Shown: one piece after another, positions 12,285 to 54,500 of the stretch
How the letters are laid out: each line of letters starts with the position of its first letter
Position numbering within the stretch: the stretch's first letter is position 1
Origin: Gekko japonicus
Lineage: Eukaryota
Length of the DNA stretch: 64,000 bases
Direction of reading: 5' to 3'
NCBI RefSeq assembly: GCF_001447785.1
Contig: NW_015164214.1
Coordinates: 1 to 64,000, forward strand
Program-made: the position numbers and the translations under genes
The notes under the pieces: model-generated
Told to the model about the DNA's origin: nothing
The model's database searches: none
The model's input: only the letters and a program-made list of their open reading frames with translations

Positions 12285-14358
12285 TAGGTAGACATGATGC
12301 GTAACATGACATCCCTGCCCCTTCGCACTGCCCTGCTCTGCCTGGCGGCCAACAATGCAAACCAGGAGCAGCTCAACGCACAGAAGGGGGATCTCATACC
12401 TTCGCTCAGTGCTGCGCTAGACATTTTGAGGAAGATCAGGAAAGAGAATTTAATGGCAGGTCTGTGTTTCTCACCATGTATCGTAAAACTCCAGGGCTGC
12501 AAGTCTTGTGCAGAATTTATGCTGCTTCGACCCAAATGACCCGGCAGAAACCAGCCTGCATACAAGACTGCGAGCCTTATTATTTAGTGTCTAATGCGCT
12601 CATATTGCCTGTTTTTTCTTAAAACATCCAAGAAATTCACAATGGATCAGGCAGCTCTTTCTCATATATGAAACAGGGCGGAGGACATATTTAGGCCTTT
12701 GTATGAGCCTACCCACTATCCTTCTTTTACGTAGTGTTGATTTAGGGCTTGGAGACAAAGAACAAAACACACTTTTCTCCAGTTCATGTATTTGCTTTTT
12801 GATCTTATCTGAGACTTCATGGGACCCATAAACACAGCGCATATTTCCACCTAGTACTGATGACGGTAGTTAAGAAAAATGTTTTTGTCTGCACTGCTTG
12901 CGGACTACTGTTTTTTGAATGTCCTATCTGAAACACAAAGCATTTATTCTTTCGCAGTGAAAACCGATCATGGCTATAAAACGCAAAGGCACCATCAAAA
13001 TGCAGATGTCTTGGGAAAGGCAATAAAATCGTGGTGCAGCCTGGATCGCACTACAAAAATCCAGTTATTGAAAAGGGAAAGCTGAGTTTCACACGTCACA
13101 AGAACTATTTGAACTGTACAGTATTTCTGAAGAGATGAAATCCTGCAGTGACGACTTAAGCTTTGTAAACAGACTTGCTATATGTGGTTTAGCCCAAAGA
13201 TTCTCCAATAGCAGCTGCTATATAAGGTCTCAAATATGCGGTGGATTTCATTGAACACATGCTAGCTGTGTACAAGTATAAATTATAAAACAGTACCAGT
13301 AACTGTTTACGACTCTGCTAGGCTGTTGTGCCCATGTACACGAACACCATTCATAAGCATGTAACGTTGATAAAGAATCATTCTCAGTTCTGGTGACTGA
13401 CGTGCAGGCATTTCAGATTATGCTGAATTATTTTGTGCAGATCTGTCCTTCAGTCTCTCCGGCTCTTCAAGAACGTGAGCCAAAGGCCACCCTATGACTT
13501 GACCGGAGCCCAGTAAGCCAAAGACCAGCCTACGACCTAACCAGAGCTCAGTTTTCTCAACCACGCCCAAAGTCTGTACAGAAGGCTGTCTGCAAACTTT
13601 CACTGAAATATAATAACCTGATGAACTGTAGTGTATTAGAACTGATGACATGACTATATTAGACTACAGATTATCTTATAAAAAAATCAAGAATCCTCCA
13701 GGAAAAAAATGGAAAACCCAAATCTCGGAAGTATGACTGCTCAGTTTGAGCTCTGGACTGGATTATTTTAAAACAAAACATCAAACTTTAATTTAGAACT
13801 GTTTCCCTGATCCAAATCTAAAGCGGTGAGATTCTGACTGTCTTTTACATATCACGCCATGGCTGCCAGCACACAAGTGAACTGTAGCAAGGGATTCTCA
13901 GTCCTTTCTGAGAGATCTTCAGTTCAAAAGGAGACGCCAAGATAATAGCAACACCAGGGCCAAGGACCCAGGGCTCCCTGCCACCAAACCATCCTATTTC
14001 TCTCCGCCCCATCCCTTCTTTCCACAGACTCCCTTTAATACCACACCATTCCTTCTTTTCCTTTGCATCTATCTACAGCTCACACAACTATTGTCTCATG
14101 ACAGCAGCAACGGGGTGGGTTATTGAACTGAGCGGAAAACAATGGAAAGGCACTGCTGAGGTGGCCCCAGTTTCAGAGACCAGCGTTTGGGCCATCACAA
14201 ATCGGGCAACTCGTTACACAAAGTGCATTTCTAAGAAATAAAGTTCCTTCATTCCCCACCATTCATTTTTTGAGAGGTTGTTTTGGTTTTGCAGGATATG
14301 TTACTGAAAAAGAGCATTCCCCAAAGCAATGGATGTGGGACTCAAGGGTTCCATGGCC

Positions 14359-44380
<30,022 letters not shown>

Positions 44381-44469
44381 TCATAGCTGTAACAAAAAAA
44401 AACAAAATGACATTTAATTAAATCCTGTGGTGAATGGTTGGCAATGAACATACCTCTCTCACCCACATC

Positions 44470-45120
44470 CCAACAAACTGAGAACATTAGGATTAGACCC
44501 GTACCAACTTTTGGAAAGCGGCTATGCTAGGGCAAAAACCACTGTTTACCAGCGTCTCAGAGATACTGAGCTACAAACATCTTATGCCGCACTTCCGCCT
44601 CTTTACAGATCTCTGAAATCCAAAACGTTAATGTCTGCTCCTTTATACCTAGCTAATATTTCCAACCCAAATCACAGATGGGCCTTTTCCAGAGCCAGAT
44701 TTGACACTTTTCCATCTGCAGTTCTTTCCGGAAGATTTCAACGTATCCCCAGACATTTGAGATTTTGCTCATGCCCTTCCGAGTCAATAGAGACCCTCCC
44801 CCATATATTATTTCATTGTTCCCACTATGTAGAAGAAAGAGCCCTTTTGAATAGGCCTTTATTAAGGTCATTTAGGTGTCAAGGACAATTAGTAATTCAG
44901 TCCGAGGAACTTTTGCTGAAACACCTACTGGAGGATAAATCCACGGCTATTTCAAGGAATGTTGCTAAATTTCTTTTTATTGCAATTATAAAGCGCAAGC
45001 ACCTCCTTAATACTCCTTGAGAAGTTCTTTCTCTGTAATGCCTTATGACAATCTGGAGACTGTTTTTGACTCTGTATGCTGTTTGATGGGTCTTTGACCG
45101 TAATACACTGATTGGATTGG
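44470..45120 (+). mobile_element. Non-LTR retrotransposon 3' end (RTE-X-like), with open C-terminal Zn-knuckle region
   Basis: ORF 44511-45020 contains AFSRARF...GRF..IP...RFCSC....ETLPHILFHC..Y...R and ends VAKF; short ATTG-type tail near 45110. Confidence 0.7.
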
Positions 45121-45523
45121 CACATCCCAACAAGCAGGTGTTCTGCCCCCTCCCGCTCGACACTCAGCCACTGCGGCTGATCAATGACACAATGAAAGGG
45201 GCTGTGAGGTCCTCCGTGTACCTCCCTTGCCATAGGGCAGAACTGCTCTGAACAGGAGACTGTGATATTTGTTTTGTGTTATTTATAGTCCACCTTTCTC
45301 ACTGGCAGTCATAGCGGAGCACACAGTTAATATAATTGGTGGGACAAGACATTCAGTAAACAATGCAATAGGATCAGGGTTGTAGAACCAGTCAGAAATC
45401 TAAAAACAGAACTGAAGCAAAGCATAAGTATTAATATGGCAATTAAACGATGCTAAAAGGACATAATAGGTACCCAGTATCAGCAAGCTAAACACAGTAG
45501 TATAGACTACCTTCCCTAATAAT

Positions 45524-45928
45524 CAGGGGTCATTTCCTGCAGGAGCGCACATGAGTGGAGCTCCGGCAGTAAAGAGCCCAGGGGGCGGGCACATGCGACA
45601 AGCCCCACCCCCTGCTCCCAGCAGCCCTCAGTCAGAGCAAGAAGCAGCCAGGTAAGTTGCAGAGCCCCCCAGTCCAAAACAGTCCAGTGGCACCTTTAAA
45701 ACCAAGTTTTATTCAGGTACAAGCTCTCCCTCTTCTATGAGGGCAGATCTGCACGTCCCCCCCCCCCAATAGCTAGCAATCCAAAACAGTCCAGTGGAGC
45801 CTGAGCGGTGGGTGTTGCCTTCTGGCACACTTCCGGTGATGTCAGGGGGTGTGGCATATGCAAATAAGTTATGCTAACGAGTTATGCTAATGAGCTCCTG
45901 CACCTCTTTTTCTACGAAATGACCCCTG
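45524..45928. mobile_element. Non-autonomous hAT element, exact 8-bp TSD CTAATAAT
   Basis: Perfect 13-bp TIR CAGGGGTCATTTC / GAAATGACCCCTG. Confidence 0.9.
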
Positions 45929-46687
45929 CTAATAATTTATCCAAGTAACTTCATGAATCATTTCGTATAGTACAACTCTGCAGCCTGCACAGAAAAGCCC
46001 TCTTGGGTAATTCATTTTTGCATAGTTTACTGAAAGCCAAAATAGCGGGAGCTTTCCTGATCCCCTCAGGCAGGCCATTCCACATGGTGGAGGCCAAAAC
46101 AGAGAAGGCACATGTATTCATCTGTGCAAAGCCAAAATTTCATCAGGCCTTGCCTCAACTAGCCCACTGGATCATTGCGATTCCTGCACTTTACTGGGAA
46201 GTTAAAATGCAATAAAAATACGTAATACACTTAGTTTGATGTCTTTTTCCCATGTAAATGAATTGGTGAAAGGTGGGTAGCCATGTTGGTCTGAAGCAGG
46301 AGAACAAAGTTCGAGTCCAGTGACACCTTTAAGTCTTAAAGGTACCACTGGACTCAAACTTTGTTTTTGGTGAAAGCCTATGAACTTTAGAAAGACAGAC
46401 AAGGAAAAAATGCACTATTTTACATCTTAGCAACAAGCCCATTTGTCAGCAATGATGGATTACTGCTTAGGAACACAATTTTTATTTATATACCCACACA
46501 GGGCTCAAGAAAACCCAGGTGCATTAAAGACTAACAAAATGTGTGGCATGCTATAAGCTTTTGTGAGTCACTGCTCACTTTTTCAGTATCTGAAGAAGAC
46601 TAACAAGACTAACTTTAACAAAATTTGTGGCAGAGTATGAGCTTTTGTGAGACACTGGTCACTTCTTCAGTACCTGAAGAAGTACAT

Positions 46688-47477
46688 GGAGACCTTATTA
46701 TTTGAACAGCACTTCATTTTAGAACACAGACCAGAGATTATTTTTTTAGTTTAATCCAGAGAACATTGCCTGAATGATGTTTGCCTTCAACTCCTTTATG
46801 TGTTGTGCTAAAAAATGATGGGCTGTGTGGTATGTGTGGGGTTGCTGTAAGAAGAATCAAATTAGAAATTAGTTACACAGTACCTGAAGAAGTGAGCAGG
46901 TATATTATACCCTGCTACAAATTTTGTTGGTCTTTAAGGTGCTACTGGGCTCTTGTTCCATCTATATATAGGGCCGCATCACAGCTCCCCTGATACTCAT
47001 TTCATCCTCACAACCATGCTGCAAAGTAACATTAGGGTGAGATATAGAGACTGACTCCAGATTTCACATGGGTTTCATGGCTGACTAAGAATTAGTTAGT
47101 CTTTAAGGGGCTACTGGACTCTTGCTCTTTTCTTTGACTGACCAAGAATTTGGTCTCTTTGCTCTACACTCTAAGAATAAGTAAACAGAAAGAGGCCCAT
47201 AATGACACCATCCTTAAAATCTTTGCAAATAACTCAAAATAATTTCTTTTCTGAGGAGATGTTATTTATAGCTCAGTTCATTTGGGAGGGAGACTTTATT
47301 ATTTGAACAGCACTTCATTTTAGAACACAGACCAGAGATTATTTTTTTAGTTTAATCCAGAGAACACTGCCTGAACGATGTTTGCCTTCAACTCCTTTAC
47401 GCGTTGTGCTAAAAAACGCTGTGTGGTATGTGTGGGGTTGCTGTATGAAGAATCAAATTAGAAATTAGTTACACAGT
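46688..47477. repeat. Dispersed ~190-bp direct duplication (46688-46881 and 47289-47477)
   Basis: Directly alignable; the copies differ mainly at CpG sites. Confidence 0.92.
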
Positions 47478-48016
47478 TCTCTTGACTGCGGTCGTAGTGG
47501 GCAAAGAGTCATGCTACAATATTTTCCTGTGTTGTCTTCCTCATTTGACAAATAATGAACTGATTTTTGAGAAACAGTTGTTCTCCAAAGGCATTAGCAG
47601 TTTCATGGCGTCAGGACTGATCTTTCTCCTAGTTGCAGAAAAGTTTGAAACTTATTAGGTTATTTTTATTTAATTTTTTTTGCTTCACTTATAGACTACG
47701 TGCTCCCCAATGGGGGATCCAAAGCAGCTTACAACATTATCCGCACCTGCATTTTATTCCCACGACAACCCTGAGAGGTAGGTCAGGCTGAGATGAGAGC
47801 ATGTGACTGGCCCAAGGTCACCCAGCAGGCTTCCATGGAACAGTGGAGATTCAAACCTAGTCCAAACACTACGCCAGGCTGGTTTGCAGCCTACCTCTCC
47901 AATTAGCTACGGTTGGGCTTGATTCAAGACGGACGCTGGAGAGGGAAAATTACTTCCCCATGGGGATTCTGCAGTAGCACTTCTGCTGTGCAAAGACGGC
48001 AGCTCAGTTTAAACAA

Positions 48017-48225
48017 GGAGGGATTGTGGCTCAGTGGAAGAGCCTCTGCTTAGCATGCGGAAGTTCCCAGGCTCAATCTCTGGCATCTCCAGTTAAAGGA
48101 CCTGGCAGCAGGTGATGTGAAAGAGCTCTGCCTGAGACCCTGAAGAGCCACTGCCAGTCTGATTGGATAATACAGGCTGTGATGGACCAGCAGCCTGATT
48201 CGGTATAAAGCAGCTTCATGTGTTC
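48017..48225 (+). mobile_element. tRNA-derived SINE family B (other copies: ~4092-4200 +, 4225-4355 -, 26281-27275 + interrupted, 52070-52180 +, 56105-56300 -)
   Basis: GTGGCTCAGTGG..GAGC head; GGTGATGTGAAAGA...CTGCCAGTCTGA body; AGGCAGCTTCATGTG end. Confidence 0.8.
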
Positions 48226-50450
48226 ATGTGATGCTGAACAAGTGCAAAGGGTGGCATCTTGTATCTTTGTTTTATGGAATTATGCTCTTTGCACATCTCC
48301 CAGAGCAAGCTGGGATAGAGCAATTAACAAATCTAATAAATCATCATCATCTTTTGCCTCGGCCACCATCAACCCCCCACAGCCTTCTTTCAGTAGAAGA
48401 TGTTCTTCTGCCATAGGAAGGCTTTGCACTTAGCTGTACTTAGGGTACAACCCAATATACCTTTCACCACATCAAAATATTTTATAGACGTTTACCCAAA
48501 GAATGTTTTCATTTCATTTGCGAGGGTTTTTTTTTAAAACCAGTGCTATAACATGCTTCTCAGAAGACAGTGTTCCCTTACTCCTTCATCTTTTGTTTCA
48601 CCTTGTACTGTTAAGTGCTGATCATTAAAGACAACCTGCTTCCTAAATGGGTGTCCTGGACCTTCAGTTCAATCAGACTTCAAGCAAATTATTTTATGAT
48701 GGGTGAAACAGTAACCGTGCATTCAGAAATCCTAAGCAGATCCCTTCTGTGCATAGCAATTCAGATTCCAGAGAATTCTCAATCTGACCAGGGAAATAAA
48801 TTTTAAAATACATACCAAAAGCCTTTCCATACATGCCATTTCCCCCCTGCATCTGTGACCCAAGTTAGTGACTAGGAGTATATTATTTACAGCACAATCC
48901 TAGGGAGAATTATAGACTTAAAGTCTGTTGGAGTCAATGGGCTTAGAAGGGCATAACTCTGCTTAGGACGGCACAATGGAGCATCCCGCAATTCCACATC
49001 CACCTAAACACGCCTAGACAGGGAGAAGACTCCTGCCTTCCCAGACTCCTGCAAATCATGCCTCATGTGTTTATTCAGTAAATCTGATTTTCTTTATAAG
49101 TCTTTCACTATCAAATCTTGTTTGGCCTTCAAGAATCGTCTAAATCTCAAAATTATGGACCGACAAAGGTACCAAAAACTGGAAAAGATTTGATCAAAAC
49201 CCAGTGCAAGTACAAGGCAATGCTAGATGATGAGAAGCAATCAATCTGACAGATGCGTATCACTGAAAACATGTAATACAAAAGATCACTGTTAGGAATT
49301 CAGGAGCATGCAGACTGAGTATGCTTTCACCTGTTAAAGCACAGAGGCAGAACTGGCCTGAGAAACAGATGTTTAGGAATGTACTTTCACTATAAAGTTT
49401 TTACGGCACAAAAATTATAAGATTCCAAACTTCCACTGATGGAAGGCTTTAAATAAAAAGGGTGTGATTAAAATTGAACATCCTAACACAAATGGATGGG
49501 TGGAGAAACTAAGATTCACCTTTGCATCCAAAACCCAAAACCTTTTAAAGATTTATATATTAAAGCCTGATCAAGCACTATAACTTCTCTTCCAAAAAGA
49601 TAGATCAAGGTGGGCTAATTGATGCAGCAGCCAAATCACTCGCTCACAACTTTAATGCCAGTTGCTCACACAGTAGAATTTCTGCTCACAAGACTCCACA
49701 GCTTAGAGGGAATATTGGTGGTCAGCCGTGTTGGTCTGAAGCAATAGAACAAAATTGGAGTCCAGTGGCACCTTTAAGACTAATAAAGTTTAATTCTGGG
49801 TATAAGCTTTCATGTGCACATATCTGAAGAAGTGTGCATGCACCACAGCTTATATCCAGAATCAAACTTTGTTGGTCTTAAAGCACTGGACTCAAATTTT
49901 GTTTGCTTCCAAAAGAGGCACATTTACAAAATACACAAAGAGGCACATTTACAAAATACACATTTACAAGAACATGTGCAAAATCTGTGAAACCTGAGCG
50001 CGTTATTAACTTCACTAGTTCTTTTTCCCCCCCCTTCCCCCCAAGAGGCCATATCAGAGAGAACAGGCTCATTCCACGACAGAGGCTGTAGTACAAAAGG
50101 TCACATCTGCCCAGTTCAGAGACATGCCTGCTTTCTCCATGTTTTGCTTTGCAAAACCCTGACATATGAGGCAGCCAGTCAGCATTGCACAAAATTCGTG
50201 CGAGAAACGGGGAGAAGACAGACGAACGGCTCTTCCTATACAGCGATTATTACACCGTCTACATCCTTAGCCAACAGCTGCGTCCGTGGAAAAGGGTAGG
50301 CATCGCGCTAATCGGCACAGGGACGGGTCCGGCATCCCAAAAATGCGTCCCTCGACCTTGCTCCTCTTCGCATTCCATTCTACCACCTCACTCGTCCTCA
50401 GCAGGGCTGCGGTGGTAAAATGGAGGCTAATGGTTCAAGCTGTAGGTCAG

Positions 50451-50656
50451 CAATGCTCCCTCTAAGCTGTGGAGTCTTGTGAGCAAACATTCTACTTTGT
50501 GAGCTACTGGCATGAAAGATGTGAGCGAGCCATTTGCCTCCTGCATAGATTAGCTTGCTCTGGAGCCCTCCTTCCTGAGCGAAGACAAAAACGTGTGAGC
50601 CGGAGGCTAAAGAACTGTGAGCTAGCTCACAATAACTCAGCTTAGAGGGAACACTG
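50451..50656. mobile_element. 206-bp MITE, same family, 5-bp TSD GTCAG, inside the CpG island
   Basis: TIRs plus an identical 5-mer on both flanks; partial copies also at ~33665-33763 and ~49614-49717. Confidence 0.88.
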
Positions 50657-50904
50657 GTCAGGAGATCGATCACAGTTCTGACGGGAGCTGCTGGGCTACA
50701 CACCGGCCTCCTCGATCGCTTATTCTTCCCCCGCGTCCCTCCCATCTGCCTGCAGGGAGTTTTTGCCGTGAGGAAGCCGAAGGAACAGCAGAGTCCTCCT
50801 CCTTTTAGACCCAGCAGAGGAGAAACACCCCCCCAACCCCCCCGACCCAGCCACGGCGGCTGGATAAGCTACCGAGGTCGAGCGGAGGCGCCCTGGAGAC
50901 TCAC

Positions 50905-51150
50905 CCGGACCCGGCCGAGCTCCATCCCCTCAGAAGCATCGGCTGCCACCGAGTTCCCGAACAGCGTCGCGGCTGGTTTTCGCCTCCCCGTCTCCGAAGC
51001 GAAGCGGCGACGCCTCAGACGGCCTCGTCCCCTCAGCGCGTCCCGGTTAAGCGCCTTGCCAAGGCCTCAGACCAAGGCCCGAGTCTGTACGGGAAAGAGG
51101 GAGCCAAGCCGGCGACCAACCGAGCCGTGGCACCGCCGCTGCTGACATTT
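50905..51150 (-). other. LMBRD2: Probable non-coding exon 1 of LMBRD2 (5' limit uncertain)
   Basis: Strong donor CGG|GTGAGT at 50905/50904 inside the CpG island; exon 2 begins with an acceptor upstream of the ATG, so an upstream exon is required. Confidence 0.65.
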
Positions 51151-51517
51151 CCTGCTTCGCCCACTCCCTCTGCCGTCATCGCCGACTCATGGCTCCTCCT
51201 CGTGAGGAAACCTGGGTAAAGGGGTGGGAATTTTCTTTTTGTTTGCTTCTTTATCGGGACTACAAGACCCAGAAGCCCTCGCGACAGCCCGATTTGGGCC
51301 CTGCGCGTCTTTTCCTCTTGCACGGTGCCACTACAGCTCCCAGGAATCATTGCGAGAGGGGGAGAGAACGTTACCCCGGGCGGGCTGCGCGGGCGATTGC
51401 TTGCTGGATTTGCGGAGCTGTTGCTGCGAGATTGCCGGATCGGGAGCTGCGAGCAACGAGAGGCAAAGGCGTTTGGGAGACAAACCGGCTCTCGATGCAT
51501 CATCCCGTTAGAGAGCC

Positions 51518-51525
51518 ATGCAAAG
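51518..51525 (+). CDS. SKP2: SKP2 exon 1 coding part (MQR)
   Basis: gccATG CAA AG|GTAAAG; 8-nt coding start like human MHR, in phase with exon 2. Confidence 0.85.
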
Positions 51526-54500
51526 GTAAAGGCTGGTGGGGGAGAATTAAGGGTAAGCGGATCCCGCCCAAACACCAGCTGCTTGCGCGCGCATTTGCCT
51601 ACCCTTGGGATCTGTGCTGAAATGGTTGCAGCGCGCAAACGAGGTACAGCATTTCTGCTGCCATTAAATATTCAGGTTAGGACGAGTAGAGGATAATTGC
51701 CTGGGTTATCTTCAGAAAGCAGATGTCCATAAGGGTTGGCTTTTATGGCTTGTTTTGCATGTTTTCCATTTTAGACTAGCTGATCATGCAAACCATTAAT
51801 CAGGGATCGTGGTTTTGCCATTGCATTCTCCTAAATACACGTTAGATTGCTTTGTGATCGAGCATGCAAACTGCATTCGGTGCTTTTGCCAAAGGGTTCG
51901 GTACAGCGGTGTCTGTCCATGATGTGTCAAGGAGGTAGAGGGATGTGCAGATTTCTGATTCACGCGGTCCATGTTTTGAGAGTGAAGGATTGTGGACTCA
52001 GAACATCCATGTGTAGGGATGAGCATATGTTACCCTCTGTACGGGGGGAGGTACACAGGCCTGCTATATGGGGATTATAACTCAGTAAAAAGCACACGCT
52101 TTGCATGCATGTAGCCCCAGAATCAATCCCTAGCACCTCCAGCTAAAAGAATCTTGAGTAGCACAGAAAGGCCACTGCTTGAGTTTTAGGGAGTTTTAAA
52201 TCTGCATTTAAAGTATGTGTCCTGGTCTTTCCTTATCCTTACCGATGCATCATGTTCACAGGCTATTTGGAGAGCAGTGTGACAGTTTTGCAGGCTGCTT
52301 GGGTGGCTCAAGTGGTTAAGACGCTGAACTGCAGGCTGTGGAAGGTCAGTAGTTCAGCAGTTCGAGACCCGGGTGCCACATGATGGAGTGAGCTCCCATC
52401 TCTAGTTCCAGCTCCTGCCAACCTAGCAGTTCGAAAGCAAGAAATTGCAAGTAGATAAATAGGGACCACTTCGGTGGGAAGGTTACAGCGTTCCGTGCGC
52501 CTTGGTGTTTAGTCATGCCGGCCACATGACCACGGAAACGTCTTCGGACAGCGCTGTGGCTCTTCGGCTTGGCAACGGAGATGAGCACCGCAACCCTAGA
52601 GTCGGATTCGACTGGCTTTCGAGCAAGGGACCCTTTACCTTTACCTTGGGCCTTGTGGAAAGAGTAAAGCTGTTTCTTTGGTACTCCACTAACAGAATTG
52701 CCTTCCAAATTTTCCTGGGCTTGAGCTTATTTTAACTGGAGGTGTCAAGGACTGATTCTGAATTTTTCTGTGCACAGTTGACTTCAAGGCAGGTAGTTCT
52801 TCAGGTAGTCGATGGAGCCACCTGCAATGTGTTCTTGGCCAGGTCTGACTGGCACACTGAAGTGCAGCTTTCAGCTGTGCTGGGCTGCTAACCAGATACC
52901 AGGCAAGCCCTTCTAGCTTTGTGTAGCTGGCGTGAGCTGAAAGGGCTTGTGCACGTGCTGCAATGTGTGACACCATCCTCCAGTTACTGAGACAAAATCT
53001 TTGTGTGTTTGTGTGTCACCTTTGAAAGTGTATTTCAGAGAACGTACATACAGCTGTTTCTTCTGTTCCTTTTTTTTTTGTCTGTTGGAACACCTGCAAG
53101 AAGAGGAACTGTGGCTAGGTGTTCTAGTGTTTCAAGCTGTGTCCCCGGGTCCTTATCTCCCTACAGGAGACATCTCCATGAAATTCCAGATTCGGGCAGC
53201 AACGTCAACACTAGCTTCACGTGGGCATGGGATCCCAGCAAGACATCGGAGCTGCTCTTGGGCATGGGAGTGTCTGTCCTTAACGACAAGCTAGCCAATG
53301 AGAATACCCCCCAGGAGCTGCTGATGTGTGTGACCCCACCCGCCAAACGACAGAAAGTGAAGGACAAGGAATTTGTGATTGCCCGCAGACCAAGGCTACT
53401 TCGAGAAGCAGCACCAGGTAAAAGAACTGGAACGGGAAAAATCCATTCAACATTTCCGTAGCTTGTCCCCCGCGTGACGTGCCCTGCGTGATGACGTTAC
53501 CTCTGGGTGACATCATCACGCCAGGCATGTCGAGCGCAGATGGGGCTGCTCGGGGGGCGGGATTCCCTCTGCTGGCCAGCAGCAGATTGGGGGCCCCAAA
53601 AGTGGGGGGACGGCAACCCTGTAGGCACAGGTGGAAATGGAAACTGCATTTTCAATTAGAAGTGCAACAGAAAGTCTTGATTTTTTAATAATTTTTTCTT
53701 TCTTTTTTTAAGGTGGGCTTTTTCAGTTTTGGCTCCTTTATTGTCGGCAGAGTGAGCTAACATACTTCATTTATGCCCATCCTTTGTCCCCCATGGTGAC
53801 CCAAAACAGTTTATACTTTCCTCCTCTCTTCCATTTTATTCTCACAGCAGCCTCTGTGCAGTAGGTTAAACTGACATACTATCGGCCCGAGGTCACCCAG
53901 CGAGCGTCCATGGCAGAGTAGAGATTCAAACCTGAGTGACCTGGATCCTAGTCTGCCACTCTAACCACTACACCACAGTGGCTCTTTTATACCCGCGAAG
54001 GAGGGAGCAGGAGGATGCGTGACCGATGCCTGGAGATGGTGGAAATAGGAGCCCCGGGACCTAGGGGACCGGGAAAGGGGAGTGTTCTTGGTAGAGTATG
54101 GCTGGAAATGCACAGTGTAGGGCACAGCTAGTTAGCCGTCTCTGTGGCCACAGAATGTGGAGGAGTGCCCTTAGGGCTATGCTGGCCACAGAAGGCTAGC
54201 GGGGGAAGAGCCTGAGATTAGGGTTGTGTGCAGCTGCTGGGAAGGGCTCCAAAGGCCATGGTGAAGAATAGTTGGGGGATGCTTCTGAACAGTGACAATT
54301 TTTTAATTGCAATTCAGAGCTAGTGTATAGTGGGGGGTTTTTAAGTGTGAGATGTCGGTTCAAATGAATTAATTTAAATTTGTTGTGCCCCCTTGGGGAA
54401 TGAAATAATCTTACTTTTGGTTTGACTTTGTAACATTTTTTCCGTTCAAGGTGTTTCTTGGGATACGCTGCCTGATGAACTGTTGCTGGGAATCTTCTCG

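Larger units (their letters stand above)
8555..14358 (-). other. LMBRD2: Probable long LMBRD2 3' UTR (~5.8 kb)
   Basis: Stretch after the stop codon that lacks the SINE/LINE copies filling the introns. It ends near a minus-strand AATAAA at 8576-8581 preceded by UGUA/U-rich sequence. Other AATAAA candidates lie at ~11329, ~11858 and ~12943. The end point is inferred. Confidence 0.6.
50200..51650. promoter_or_regulatory. CpG-island bidirectional promoter shared by LMBRD2 and SKP2
   Basis: Abrupt CpG/GC enrichment between divergent first exons; two ACTACAnn(T/A)CCCAG motifs (ZNF143/THAP11-type) at 51259-51278 and 51330-51349. Confidence 0.85.

Noticed and set aside
44511-45020. 169-aa ORF as a novel or domesticated gene
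   Set aside because: It starts at a non-ATG codon and matches the C-terminus of a LINE ORF2, with a diverged relative at 2290-2710. An open 500-nt 3' fragment is expected for a young insertion.
50768-51696. Several 95-200 aa overlapping ORFs in the CpG island
   Set aside because: This is typical stop-codon scarcity of GC-rich promoter DNA, with no recognisable domains. The real coding content is the 8-nt SKP2 start.
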